DNA from: Octopus bimaculoides
Taxonomy: Eukaryota
Direction: 5' to 3'
Assembly (NCBI RefSeq): GCF_001194135.2
Contig: NC_068991.1
Location: 74,791,274 to 74,846,515 of the forward strand
Length of the DNA stretch: 55,242 nt
The position numbers and the translations under genes are program-made. The notes under the pieces were generated by a model that saw only the letters and a list, made by a program, of their open reading frames with translations, did not search any database and was not told where the DNA came from. Position 1 is the first letter of the stretch. Every line of letters begins with the position of its first letter. This document shows, piece after piece, positions 23,931-37,164 of the stretch.

Positions 23931-23971
<41 letters not shown>

Positions 23972-25339
23972 GGGGCAGGAGTGGCTGTGTGGTAAGAAGC
24001 TTGCTTGTGTCACTTCATTTCTAATCTTTTGTGAAAACATTTTTCTGTCATGAAGAAGTATTACTTTGTTTGAAAACTGTCGAAGGTTAGGAACAGGAAA
24101 GGCATCAGGTCACAGCAAAACTGCTTCGGTGAACTGCATCTGACCCATCCAAGCATGAAAAGTTGATGTTAAAAATGTTGATGATAATGATGCTGGTGAT
24201 GCTGCTGATGTATATGGTGCTCTTGTTTAACCCTAGGTCAATCCTATTCTAGCAGACCTGTGTATAGAAATTTTAGCTTTGGTATGAATTGAACCTTTGG
24301 TCTCATCTATCCGTTTGTAATAGAATCTATCCCTATTTGCAAATCTCTAATACTTCACATGTACTTCCTTTTAAGTTAGCATGGTCTCATTTGAGGATAA
24401 TTTCTTTGCTATTTCTTGCTGGTTAAGTCCTGCAGTCAAAAAGATGCACTATCATTCTTTTGAAAATTCGTAACATTTTTGGAGAAATGTATTTTTCAAA
24501 GAAATAAAATCTGGTTGAATTGCAAGAATTTGTTATGTTTGGTTGCTAATGAATAATCTGAGCTGTATGTCACTGGCTTTAATCATTTAATAATCAAGAA
24601 TATTAATTTACTATTAATTAAATAATGGATTTTGCAATTCTTGATTGCAAAAATTACTTTCTCATATTGTTGATTCTGTTCTCATTGTGTCTATGTCAAG
24701 CACAGCTGTGTGGTTAAAAAGTTCACTATTCCAACTTCAGCATTTTGGGTTCAATTCTACAGCATGTCACACTGGTGCAGGTCTTTTTCAATTTGTATTG
24801 CCTTCTTGATTAGCTAATTAATTAATGCATTTAACTCAATTAAATCTAATAATTAAACCCAGTGATAAACAGGTCAGATGATTCATTTACAAAATGAATA
24901 AAATGAATCTACATAATTCTTTGAAGAATTCTTTCTCCACAAATGCTATACGGATTCCAGCCCATTACTGAGTTTCTCACTTGTCTTGTGAGACATAGCA
25001 GCCAAGTCTCACTCAAATCATGTGCTACAAAATAAATGTCTGTCTTTCTATCATTATTCCGTTTTATTTCAAGATTTCTTGCCAATAGAGAAAGAGCTGG
25101 TTTCTAACCTAGATCCAAGGGCCCTTCATTGGAATTTCAACAGCAACTACACGGTCTCTTTGTATGTATGTAAATGTGCAGATTTGTATGTTTTGTTTTA
25201 TGCCTGTCTTCTCATGCATATATTTGCATATCTAGACATCCTCATATATACTTAAATGATATGTATGTATGTGTGTGTGTATGTATGTATGTATGTCTAT
25301 CCATCCATCCATCCATCCATCTATCTATTATGTGTATAT

Positions 25340-25600
25340 CATCATCATCGTTTAACGTCTGCTTTCCATACTGGCATGAATTGGACAATTTGACTGAGGA
25401 CTGGCAAGCCAAGAGGCTGCACCAGGCTCCAATCTAATCTGGCAGAGGTTCTACAGCTGTATGCCCTTCCTAACACCAATCACTCTAAGAATGTAGTGGG
25501 TGCTTTTTATGTGCCACTAATATGGGAGCCTGTCAGGCAGCACTGGCATCGACCACGCTTGAATGGTGCTTTTTACATGCTAGTCAGGCATGCTAGTCAC
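25340..25600 (-). mobile_element. RTE 3' UTR fragment (family C), older
   Basis: CATCATCGTTTAACGTCTGCTTTCCAT...GGTGCTTTTTACATGC. Confidence 0.8.
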
Positions 25601-26084
25601 AGGAAACAACAGGTCTTCTCAACTCAACAAGTGTATATAAAATCTCACTTTGGCTAAGTCTATCTCGTAGTAAGCATAATTTCTATATCAAGGCTACTTT
25701 TTGCTTTGGTATGAATTGAACCTTTGGTCTCATATCTCTACCTTCTTTTCTGCCTCTCGCAGCTGTCCTTCACACTGTCACAGAGTTCGTTCTTTCAATA
25801 AACAGCTAAAAATTAAGTTTAACCTTGAATCTTGATGTTATGTCTTAAAGAAGATCACTTGGTAACCACGTGGTTTTGAGTTCAATCCCATTGCATGGTA
25901 CCTTGGGCAAGTGTCTTGTACTATAATTCTGGGTCAACCAATTCCTCATGTATGTCTTTGGTACATGGAAACTGTGTAGAATCCCCTTACACACACACTC
26001 ACACATACACACATATATAACAACAAAGAGTTATTAATGAAACATTGTTAATCTGAGCAAAGTGCTTTATTAACTCTCTGTTAG

Positions 26085-26420
26085 GTACGGGGGCTCCAAA
26101 AGGGGTCTCAGGGAATAGCATCCCTGCCTTCCTGAGCTAGTTTTCCACCACATTTCTTAAAAATCATGGTAGAGGCCTTGGTCTTGAGACCACTCATGTC
26201 TAGAAGCTGAGGTTGGGGGTAAGCAAGGGCATGCTCCCCGTAGAAAATCCAGCTTCAAAAAAGCCTCATGATAGCAAGAGAGAATGGGCACCAGTCAGCC
26301 CAAAGGTTGGGGTGGGCTGCATCATGCCTACCTCTGTTGCTACAGCATTGAGGTAGACCCGGCCACCCCCATTCACCGGGACAAAACCCAGATTTTAAAC
26401 ACTGGATGATGATGATAATA
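26085..26420 (+). mobile_element. GC-rich interspersed repeat with (GAT)n tail, probably RTE-related
   Basis: GGGGGTAAGCAAGGGCATGCTCCCCGTAGAAAA parallels the family C GGAAGGGCATCCAGCTGTAGAAA block; ends in GATGATGAT. Confidence 0.5.
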
Positions 26421-26686
26421 ATACAAATACACCAAGTGGACAAATTTTTCAGATTAGTAAAGAGCTCTGTGCAATCTTGTGGCAGGGTCTGAGGTCAGAG
26501 TTCATCACCATTTCTCTATTGTAAATCCATGGTTGTATTCTCAGAACAGTCTTTTACACTGAGTGAGATACAAGGCAAAGCATAAATAGTTCTTGTATAT
26601 TCTTTTACTGTAGTAAATTCGACTTACAGCTGGATGTACTACAATAAATGAATATGTAATGACTGTTATTTATACATTGCCTTATA

Positions 26687-26722
<36 letters not shown>

Positions 26723-27184
26723 GTATGATTACTATCTGTATTTTGATATTGCTTATGTCTGCAGTAATAAATGTGTCTGGGTGTTGAGCAGTTTGTGGTG
26801 TGAAAGACCAAAGGAAGAAGTACTTTACTTGGAAAGGACGGATATCCATCAAGTGAATGCTGCATCAAGTTTTGTCCAATGCATTCCATGGAAAAAAGTG
26901 GATGTAAAAGTGATGATGATGACGATGACAACGATGATGATGATGGTGGTGATTATGGTGATGATGATGATTGTGGCAATTATGAAGTTATAATGCAGAA
27001 TATCTTCAAGAATTTTGTACTTTTATGTATGGCAGACAGAAATTTTATTCTGTCTCCGATAAACATTATATATGTACATTTATACTTGTTATCTATCTTT
27101 CTAAATATTTAGGACAATGACAATTATGCAGATGAGATTGAGCTAGACAGAGGAACAAATAGNNNNNNNNNNATATATAGATAT

Positions 27185-27763
27185 ATTCATCATCATCATC
27201 ACCATCATCATCATCGTCATTTACCATCTGTTGTCCGTGCTGGCATGGGTTGGACGGTTTGACTGGGCTGGCACGCTGAGAGGCAGCACCAGACTCCAGT
27301 CTGATTCCGCATGGTTTTCTATAGCTGGATGCCCTTCCTAATGCCAACCACTCCTAGAGTGTTATGGGTGCTTCTACATGCCACCGGCACGTGTGCCAAT
27401 TTGCGTGACACTGGTATCTGCCATGACTGCAATTTTTGCTCAGCTTGATGGGTCTTCTTGTATATATGTATATATATGTATATGTGTATAAATCCAAGCG
27501 TGGCTGTGTGGTTAAGATGTACATTATGCAATGACACAATTTATGATTATATCCTTATCTTATATATGTACCGCCTGACTGGCCCTCGTGCGGGTGACAC
27601 GTAAAAGCACCCACTACACTCTCTGAGTGGTTGGCGTTAGGAAGGGCATCCAGCTGTAGAAACTCTGCCAAATTAGATTGGAGCCTGGTGTTGCCATCCG
27701 GTTTCACCTGTCCTCAGTCAAATCGTCCAACCCATGCTAGCATGGAAAGCGGACGTTAAACGA

Positions 27764-27799
<36 letters not shown>

Positions 27800-28191
27800 C
27801 ATATAAATTCCTCTATTTATATAATATCGAGGTCTCTTTCTTTCTTTTGTTGTCCTTCCTATCAATATATCTTCATCATCATCATCATTGTTTAACGTCC
27901 GCTTTCCATGCTAGCATGGGTTGGACGATTTGACTGAGGACTGGTGCAACCGGATGGCTACACCAGACTCCAATCTAATTTGGCAGAGTTTCTACAGCTG
28001 GATGCCCTTCCTAACGCCAACCACTCAGAGAGTGTAGTGGGTGCTTTTACGTGTCACCCGCATGAAAACGTCCACGCTCGAAATGGTGTCTTTTATGTGC
28101 CACCCGCACAAGAGTCAGTCCAGGGTCACTGGCAACGATCTCGCTCGAAAACCCTACAAGGCCAGTCAGGCGGTACTGGCANNNNNNNNNN

Positions 28192-28226
<35 letters not shown>

Positions 28227-28668
28227 CATATAAATTCCTCTATTTATATAATATCGAGGTCTCTTTCTTTCTTTTGTTGTCCTTCCTATCAATATATCTT
28301 CATCATCATCATCATTGTTTAACGTCCGCTTTCCATGCTAGCATGGGTTGGACGATTTGACTGAGGACTGGTGCAACCGGATGGCTACACCAGACTCCAA
28401 TCTAATTTGGCAGAGTTTCTACAGCTGGATGCCCTTCCTAACGCCAACCACTCAGAGAGTGTAGTGGGTGCTTTTACGTGTCACCCGCATGAAAACGTCC
28501 ACGCTCGAAATGGTGTCTTTTATGTGCCACCCGCACAAGAGTCAGTCCAGGGTCACTGGCAACGATCTCGCTCGAAAACCCTACAAGGCCAGTCAGGCGG
28601 TACTGGCAATGGTCACACTCAGGATGGTACATCTTATGTGCCACCCGCACAAGAGCCAGTCCAGGGGC
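27185..28668. mobile_element. Cluster of RTE 3' UTR (family C) copies: 27185-27450 (-), 27568-27767 (+), 27884-28181 (-), 28305-28668 (-)
   Basis: Direct alignment by eye. The last two copies overlap an apparent assembly duplication. Confidence 0.85.
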
Positions 28669-28839
28669 ATATATATATCCACACACACACACACACACAC
28701 ATATATACAATGGGCTTCTTTCAGTTTCCATCTACCAAATCCAGTTGCGTACTGGGGTCAATCTAATCGACTGCCCCCACCCCAAAAATTTTGGGCCTTG
28801 TGCCTAGAGTAGAAAAGATTATCGTCTTCATCATCATCA

Positions 28840-29055
28840 TTAGCAGAGTCGTTAGCCCACCAGGCGAAATGCTTAATGGCATTTCTTCTGGATTCATATT
28901 CTGAGTTCAAAATTTTGCTGGGGTTGACTTAGCCTTTCATCCTTTCAGGGTCGATAAGATAGACACCAGTCAAGTATTGGGGGCGGGGGTCGTCAATGTA
29001 ATTGACTAAGCCCGTCCACCAAAATTTCAGGCCTTGTGCCTATAGTAAAAAGGAT
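28840..29055 (+). mobile_element. SINE family B; further partial copies at 28745-28820, 29075-29195 and 29600-29700
   Basis: Family B head, central domain and CCTTGTGCCTATAGTA tail. Confidence 0.8.
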
Positions 29056-29299
29056 TTTTATTATTACGGTGACCAGCCTGCAGGACCATCTGCATGCTGG
29101 TCAAAAGACTGACCGGCATTTCTTCCATCATTTTATGCTCTGATTTCAATTTCTCCAGAGGTTGACTTTGCTTTTCATCATTTTGGGGAGAAGATCAATA
29201 AAAATGAAGTTCAGTTCTATATTTAAGAGATGAGGAATTATGTACCTTATTTACATTATTTACATTTGATGGATATTTCTCCTCATCTTGTTTGTTGTT

Positions 29300-29347
29300 A
29301 ACACAACGTTTCGGATGATATGCCCTCCAGCCTTCATCAGATGTCTT
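29300..29347 (-). ncRNA. Minimal type-I hammerhead motif, second copy
   Basis: AAGACAU-CUGAUGA-A-GGCUG(GAGGGCAUAU)CAUCC-GAAA-CG-UU-GUGUU. One mismatch in stem II; palindromic ACGU stem III intact. Confidence 0.62.
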
Positions 29348-29427
29348 GGCAAAATTTCGAACCTGGGTTCTCATTCCTAAGGCATTTTTCGATGTTGTTG
29401 TTATTATTATCATTATTATTATTATTA

Positions 29428-29469
<42 letters not shown>

Positions 29470-29514
29470 TTGAAAAATACCTTAGGAATGAGAACCCAGG
29501 TTCGAAATTTCCCC

Positions 29515-29554
29515 AAGACACCTGATGAAGGCTGGCGGGCATATCAGCCGAAAC
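29515..29554 (+). ncRNA. Truncated hammerhead motif (cleavage triplet and 3' strand of stem I deleted)
   Basis: AAGACAC-CUGAUGA-A-GGCUG...CAGCC-GAAAC followed directly by AAGAUGAGG. The 18-nt GTTGTGTTAACAACAAAC present in the other copies is missing. Confidence 0.65.
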
Positions 29555-29724
29555 AAGATGAGGACAAATATCTGTCGAATGTAAATAATGTAAATAATGC
29601 AAAAATAAAGTACCTTTCAAGTATTGGGGCTGCTGTAACTGACTTGCTCCCACCTCTACTCAAAATTGCTGGCCTAGTGCCAAAATTTGAAACCATTATT
29701 AATACTGTTATTCTGGTTGTGGAT

Positions 29725-30003
29725 TAGCAAAAATCGTTGCCAGTGCCCCTGGACTGGCTTGTGCGGGTGGCACATAAAAGACACCATTTCGAGCGTGGCC
29801 GTTTTCGTGCGGGTGACACGTAAAAGCACCCACTACACTCTCTGAGTGGTTGGCGTTAGGAAGGGCATCCAGCTGTAGAAACTCTGCCAAATCAGACTGG
29901 AGCCTGGTGTTGCCATCCGGTTTCACCAGTCCTCAGTCAAATCGTCCAACCCATGCTAGCATGGAAAGCGGACGTTAAACGATGATGATGATGATGATGA
30001 TGA
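29725..30003 (+). mobile_element. Young RTE 3' UTR copy (family C) with (GAT)n tail
   Basis: Shares diagnostic bases (GTGCGGGTGACACG, CACTCTCTGAG, CCATTTCGAGCGTGG) with the 27.6-28.6 kb copies. Confidence 0.88.
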
Positions 30004-30611
30004 TTGCAGTATTGATCAGAATGCCTTGTGGTACTTTCTAACATACTCCCCAAACTCAACATATTACATGCGAATGTAGTTGACTATAATTGCTTCCAGC
30101 GATTAAATTTCTTGGGAATAGTTTTCCTCGTACATCCTCCGTTCGAGGAAACTGAATCTTATTTCGGAGATTTACATTGTGTCTGAAGAAATACTTTCAT
30201 GCTGTGCTCTGGCTTACACTTACAGCTACAATGGACTGTATTTTGAGCTTTATACATCTCTCTGTAGTTTCCATAAACTTTTATTGAAATGTTTCCAGGC
30301 TTGAGTGAAATTGTCTAATATTTCTTCAATGGTTTCCTATGCTAGTTTTAAAAAAAAACATTTTTTTTATTGCTGTGATTACGTTTTTCATTAAATTTCA
30401 TTAAACGTTCATCATTTTTGCTGTGTGACCCACCCATCTCTTTTTAATCTCTCAAATGCATGTTTCCTGAAATTTTAGAGAATATTTATTCAGTAGGTGC
30501 AGGCATGGTTATATGGTTGGGAACCTTGCTCTTCCAACCATTTGGCCTCAAATTCAGTCCTATTGTATATCTCCTTTTACTATAACCCTGAGTTAACCAA
30601 AACCTCACAAA

Positions 30612-30778
30612 TAGGTGCAAGAGGGGCTGTGTAGTAAGCAGTTTGCTTACCAACCACATAGTTCTTCCAGGTTCTCATCCCATTGCATGACACCTTGGGC
30701 AAGTGTCTTCCACTATAGCCTCAGCCCGACCAAAGCCTTGTAAGTGGATTTGGTAGGCGGAAATTGAAAGAAGCCCGT

Positions 30779-30817
<39 letters not shown>

Positions 30818-31000
30818 TTGTCCCCCACCATCGCTTGACAACTGATATTAGTGTGTTTATGTCCCTGTAACTTAGCTGTTTGGAAAAAGAGACTGATAAA
30901 ATAAGTACAAAGAATAAGTCCTGGGGTCGATTTGTTCGACTAAAGGCGGTGCTCCAGCATGGCTGCAGTCAAATGACTGAAACAAATAAAAGAATAAATT
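30612..31000 (+). mobile_element. SINE family A, full length, preceded by a head-only copy (about 30495-30600)
   Basis: Complete match to the family. Confidence 0.85.
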
Positions 31001-31031
31001 GATATGGTTGATGGAATGTGTGTGTGTGCGC

Positions 31032-31083
<52 letters not shown>

Positions 31084-32890
31084 ACTTGTCTTGATATCAT
31101 GTGGAAGGCTGTAAATGAGCATCACTGTTATACGAGTGAGGTTGTTTACTTCTTCTGCCATGAGAGACATGTCTATTTTTGGGAAAATATTACTTTGCTT
31201 GCAAACAGGTGAGGGTTGGCAACAGGAACAGCATCGAGTCACAAAAGATGTTCCTCAATAAATTCAACATATACACAGTTGATTAGGATTGTTGTCTTAG
31301 AGTTCCAGATTTCAGAATGTTTTGGACAAACCTGTGATTGCTGTTTTTGACGCGAATAGTTCTTGTCAAGAGACCGTTTTGAAATTACCAATGACAGCCG
31401 CTTGGTCTTGCTCTGAAATGAAAGCAGAATAAGAGCCAACTGATATTGGTGATTCTAAATAAATAGCCAAGTAACTTTTGAAGTAATTTCTTAGCCTATA
31501 GCCAGCTCATTGGAACGGTAAAGTATCAAGCTGCTCTGGAGAAAGTGGATCTACGGACATAGTAGATAGCAAATCAATTTAGTATGAGCCAACAGGGAGG
31601 CTCTCTGTGCTTGCTTGACTTAACTAGTATTAACAGCCTTAATTTCTCTTGAATTACAACCTACTGTGTTCTTAAAATAAAAAAGAAAATGGATAATGCT
31701 GTTGTGGAGATAGAAAAAGAGAGGATGGTCAATGTTGGAATGTCTTTGATCACAGTTTTGTTTGATCAGCGCTGACTTGGCACTAAACGACAACAATTAC
31801 ATGGAATTCTACCGGTACACCAGAATTATTTGGTTTGTCACAGATTTTCACTGTGATAAATCTGTCAGTTTTATTTTGTCTTCTCACAAGAAGATGCCTG
31901 AAAGATTCTTTGCTACAAATGCTAACACTGCAAAAGAATGGTACAGATGTGTAAAATACAGTGTCTTGTCCTTTCTCCCTTTGCAAACAACCAAAACTGG
32001 TGATTACCAGCTCGTAGTTAGCTACTGTTAAAAACTGCCTTCCGTCCTCTCTTACTATTTCTTTATCCGGCTGCTAAACAGTAACTGCAACAGGTTGAGC
32101 CAACGAGGGAATCTCTACACTGTTGCTTGATATGTTAGAAATGGCTGCTTAATCTCCCTCAAATCATACCCAAAAGGTGGAGGCAGGATTAACCATTCAC
32201 TGACCTGCACTCACTATAGTAAGTCTCAATAATCAGCAATATTTATTAGTGTTGGTTGAGGCCATAAGTAGATAAAAAGATATAATATATATTGTAGTCC
32301 TAGATATCATCATCATCATTGTTGTCGTCGTCATCAGCATCATTTAACATCTTTTTTCCCATACTGGCATGGTTGGCTGATCTGATAGGATCTAATGGTC
32401 CCCAAGACTGCATCAGGTTGCGGTATCTCTTTTGGCATGGCTTTTATGGCTGGATAATAGAATCGACCCCTTTGCTGGACTAGCACTTTATTGACCCCTG
32501 CCAAAAACAGATGAAGGGGCAAAGTTGACCTTGGTTGAATTTGAAGTCAGAGGGCAGAGAGAGAGAGATAGTGTTAATACCACAAGGTATTCTATCCCAT
32601 GCCCTAGCGATCCTACCAATTTGCCACCTTTGATGAATATCATTTAGGAGAACCACAGCAACCAAATGATTAATCTTCAGCTCAATCAAATGGTGGTGGT
32701 GGTGGTGGTGGTGGTAGCAACAGCAGTGGTGGTGACAACACTTCCCCTCCTCCTCATCTGCATCATCTAGCATTTGTCTTTCCATGTTGACATGCGTTCA
32801 ATGGGTTTCACAGCATTTCATAACATGTTGGGGGTCCTTCACCCTCTGGCACAGATATACAGCAACTGAGAAAAATACCCAATCTTTATT

Positions 32891-32939
<49 letters not shown>

Positions 32940-33489
32940 TGCTTTCCTATTTTTTTTCCTGGTGTGCGTGTGTTTTTTTTTTTTGGCATGGTCTTATTTT
33001 TACAGCTGAGTATCCTTCCTGTCTGCCAACCATTTTACACCTGTCAATCTTTCCTATTTGCCAACCATTTTTCAGCATGGACTGGATGCATTTTAGTGTG
33101 CCTCTAACATTAAAGAGGTTGACTTGCTCACGTTACAGAAGCAGCTCTGTCTCTTTTCATATATTTTTGCTGTGTTTGTGATTTTGTACTTTGAACAAAG
33201 TACGTAGTAAAACTGATTTATTTATTTATTCATGACTGTCCTCTCTGATTCATTAATGGATTGTATATAGAACTTCCTGATCCAATATGCTTTTTTATTT
33301 TTACTTTTTTTTCTGAAGAAAGACAGTATCGTTTCATTTGAGGAAAATTTAGCTACTAATTTTAGTATGTTGAGCAAATAAAGGTGTTTGTATATCTGTA
33401 ATAGATTACCAAAGTTTTGTTCTATCTGAACGATGTATGTTTTTTAGAAAAGATAACTGCAGCTACCAAAGCAGTAACATACATAATCT

Positions 33490-33790
33490 CACTGTGTAGC
33501 GCCTTGGAGAAATGCCTTTTCCTGTAATCTCAGGCTGACCAAAGCCTTGTGAGTGAATTTGGTAGTTGGAAACTGAAAGAAGCCCATCATATATATATAT
33601 ATATATATCTGTGTGTGTGTGTGTGTCTGTTTGTTCCCCACTGTTGCTTGAGAACTGGTGTGTTTACGTCCCTGTAACTTTGCATTTTGACAAATCAGAA
33701 TGATAGAATAAGTACCATGCTTTAAAAAAAAAAAAATTTTTTTTTGAAGGCAGTGCTCCAGCATGGCTGTACTGAAACAAGTAAAAAGGG
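33490..33790 (+). mobile_element. SINE family A, diverged and lacking most of the head
   Basis: Body, (TA)/(TG) core and tail are recognisable. Confidence 0.75.
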
Positions 33791-36700
33791 AAGAAAAGCT
33801 ACATATCTATATATATATATATATATATATATACACGTGCATGTGTCTGATACTACTAGTTAATATTAGTTAATATTAGTTAATATTACTAGTTAATATT
33901 AGGTGATATCCCTAAAAGGTTGACAAGCTCTTTCTTTACCACACGGTAACCTCAAACATGAAGAATTATTCTCTTTCTTCTATGCTAGCACATACTCTCC
34001 ACAGACATCCGCAGCAAATAAAACTTTGTGATCCATGACCTGTGTTGAATACTTTATCCACTTGTACATTTGATCGAGACACAGCTGACACACATATCTA
34101 TGTATGAATAAATGTATGTTTTTCTGGTTAACAAAAACCTATCTATACTCTACTTTAATAGGCTTCATTTGATGGCTGACCCATCATCTGTTGATTGTTG
34201 TTGTTGTTGTTGACAAAATAAATAAAAGAAACTAGCTGTGGTTTGATTATGTATGAACGGCGCGAAGGATATTCCACATCAAACTGAATTATAAAGATCA
34301 ATTGCATACTTTGATAAGAATAAATATATTTGACAGCTAAAAGAGAATAGATGTATTCAAATCTTAGACAATGTAATGCTTGAGTAGTTTGAGTGAGAAC
34401 TCTTTAAAGTAAAGTCATGGCTAAAATTTCAGATAATGGAGATATCTAATAAGTTCTGACTGGTGATTGAAATGAAGGAGACTCCTCTATGTGTTATTGA
34501 ATATCTTAGTTAATTTTACTGTTCCCGGTGTGTTCTAAATTGTTAGAGGAGCTCTGATTAAAGAAGGATTTTAATCAATAGCTTATATCTACGGCAGCAG
34601 GAATATTGGCCTGTAAAATTTCTTTTCACACTGATACCATTCACAGGACGTTTTCTTCCAGATTCCTGAAAATCCTGATTGAGAGAAAAGAAATAAAGAA
34701 ATATAAAAAGACGTAATTCATTAGAAAATTCATTTAGGTAAATCCAGCAAAATTTCACTGGAGTGGAAAATATAGTTCTCAGATGTGCTGTTTTGAAAAT
34801 TGATGTTTGCACATATTCTAGGTGGAATCCAAGACTTGTATGAAAATTGAACTTTGTTATTGTATGGTATTAATCAGAGCAATGATTTCGCATAGCTACA
34901 ACTGATTGCCTGGAACCAGTAAAAGAACATATAATATAAAGGTTATTACCATTAGTGTTAAGCATTTGAATTTAGTCAATAAACATCATTATCTTCTGAA
35001 TTTTGGATGGCTGTCCAAACACATTACCTTATTTAGCACCAGTTCCTTGGTTATCTCTAGCAATCTCTTGAAGATTTACATCCAGTGTCATCTTCCTTTG
35101 GGTAGTGCTATTGATAACCAGAGATTACTGGTAGAAAAAAAATGGTTTTCAGCAAAGATTTGAAATTAGAAAGAAGCTGTCCTATCAACCAGCTCGTAAT
35201 CGCATATTATTTTCTTCTCCATTTCATTAATGCCTCTCTGTAGTAAACAATGTTAAGAGGCCCAGTACTAATAATACAGAACTACACAGTATCTAGTGAT
35301 AATCAGCAAGCTTTGGTTTCCTCTTTCTCTTCATCACTAAATATTATCTTGTAGCCTTGTCATGTTTAAGTCTTGGACATTTTATTCCTTGTCTTTGCCA
35401 GTATCTGTTGATTTTAGTTTAAATGTCTCCTACATACATGCACTCATGTTATTCCTTTCTGAAACACGACTATTTTTTCTGGCATATCTCATTTCTGCTT
35501 TCTGTGCTACTTAATGTATTCTGTTATCTTTCCAAAAGATAATGGCTTGAGCTCAAGACCAAAGAGGAAATTCCTGGACTCATTCCACTCATCTCACGAC
35601 ACCATATTCCTGATCAACACAGCAACTCCTTAAGTTCTCTTCTAAACTCAACTTTTAGCCATCTGAACATCAACTGTAATGATTTTGCCAGTCTAGGGAA
35701 GAACTGAAAAGAGTTGCTCACTGCCAACACTTCTTGTAATAAACCATTTAGAAAAGGGAATCAATCAATTGTATCGATTCTAGTACTTGACCGGTATTTT
35801 AACAAGCCCATAAATAGGAATGGCAAAGTTAACCTAGGCAGAATTTGAACTCAGAACAGAACTTAAATAACTAGAACAAATACCACAAGTAATTTTTTTC
35901 TGATGCTCTAATAGCTTTGCTCCAGGAACATTTTCTGTAACCTAGAAGGAATGGTCAGTTTGGCTATGCGTTTTTGACCTGATTGTCCACCTTTTCCAGA
36001 TCATTGATTTTCAAATGATTTTAGTTCAGCATTTAATTTTGACATTATTGTCAATACCTTATAATTTATGACATTTCTTAGAAGAGGTGAGGGGTGTGGG
36101 GCAGGGTGGATGTCAGATTATATGGAAATTAAGAATTCACCCCCCACTATCCCTTTTCTAGATTATGTCATTACATGTCAATCAGAATATATCAAGAAAC
36201 TTAATGCTTAGTTAGGAAGCCTTCAATCTGTAGAAATTCCGATGTTCCTCAGCGGTGCCAAAGCACCAACTTAAACAAATCAATGTTGTGAAGTGTATTT
36301 GTTGTTTTCATGATGTTTACAATCCCTTAATATCCAAAACTGGATTATAATCAATAGAACTAATTAGATTAGATTGTACTCAATGGAAATAATTAATTTG
36401 GATTATAATCAATATTAACAATTAAGCTAATGATTTTCAACTATTAACCTCATCTTTAGAGTATAGATTTACTTTAAGTACTGGAGTGTATACACGTATA
36501 GGTGACAAGGTGGACAAGGATGTTTTTACCTTTCAGCTAGAAGTAGGTGTAGAGTTCAAATCCACCTTTGGCCAACGTACATATTTAGGAATAAAACACC
36601 TAAAGATTGATTGGCAGTTGAACTGGTCAAAGTTTAGTGTAAATATAAATATTGTCTTCCTCAAGCAGCCATAAACGAGATGTACTTCAATGGGACTTGC

Positions 36701-36949
36701 TAGGAATCTCTGATCTCCATTAGCTTTGGTAGTTCCTCAGTTTCATGTTGTGTATCCCAAGGTATGAAAGTCTCTAAGATATAGTATCCAATATGGCCTG
36801 GTGTTTGATATGATGACAGCTGCCAGCAAAGCCTACCCTGCTTTGGGCAACAATAATAGAAATAGGTAGAATAGTCCCATAAACCTCCCCTGTAGTCTTG
36901 TGCTTTAGCAAAGACACATATTGTAAACTTATTCTTTAGAAATGAGAAT

Positions 36950-37115
36950 AGGCGCAGGAGTGGCTGTGTGGTAAGTAGCTTCCTTACCAACCACATGGTT
37001 CCGGGTTCATTCCCACTGCATGGCACCTTAGGCAAGTGTCTTCTACTATAGCCCCAGGCCGACCAAAGCCTTGTGAGTGGATCTGGTAGACAGAAACTGA
37101 AAGAAGCTTGTTGTA

Positions 37116-37164
<49 letters not shown>

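Larger units (their letters stand above)
29212..29600. mobile_element. Inverted pair of Penelope-type hammerhead-bearing tails joined through (TAA)n, with no tRNA head
   Basis: 29212-29410 (-) and 29465-29600 (+) are reverse complements of each other and homologous to 11495-11650. Confidence 0.8.

Noticed and set aside
27944-28812. Repeated 131-138 aa ORFs (MQPDGYTRLQSNLAEF...)
   Set aside because: Antisense reading of the RTE 3' UTR, duplicated by the probable assembly artefact.
29195-29727. Two similar 135-152 aa ORFs on opposite strands
   Set aside because: They arise from the inverted hammerhead-tail pair plus (TAA)n; not protein-like.
30123-30151. 8-bp hairpin TTTCCTCG/CGAGGAAA; a similar one GTAACACG/CGTGTTAC at 43610-43633
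   Set aside because: The stems are too short or imperfect for a pre-miRNA and match no miRNA seed family I recognise.
31762-32031. 89-aa ORF with a PH-domain-like phrase (FFATNANTAKEWYRCVK); the opposite strand has FYTSVP reminiscent of piggyBac transposase
   Set aside because: No convincing splice sites or further motifs; short resemblances are expected by chance.
33006-33020. GTATCCTT, resembling a U12-type donor
   Set aside because: No upstream exon or matching U12 branch site could be tied to it.
34500-34760. Possible Helitron Rep remnant (YISTAA...)
   Set aside because: Only a few residues match and frames are broken; unsupported without a profile search.
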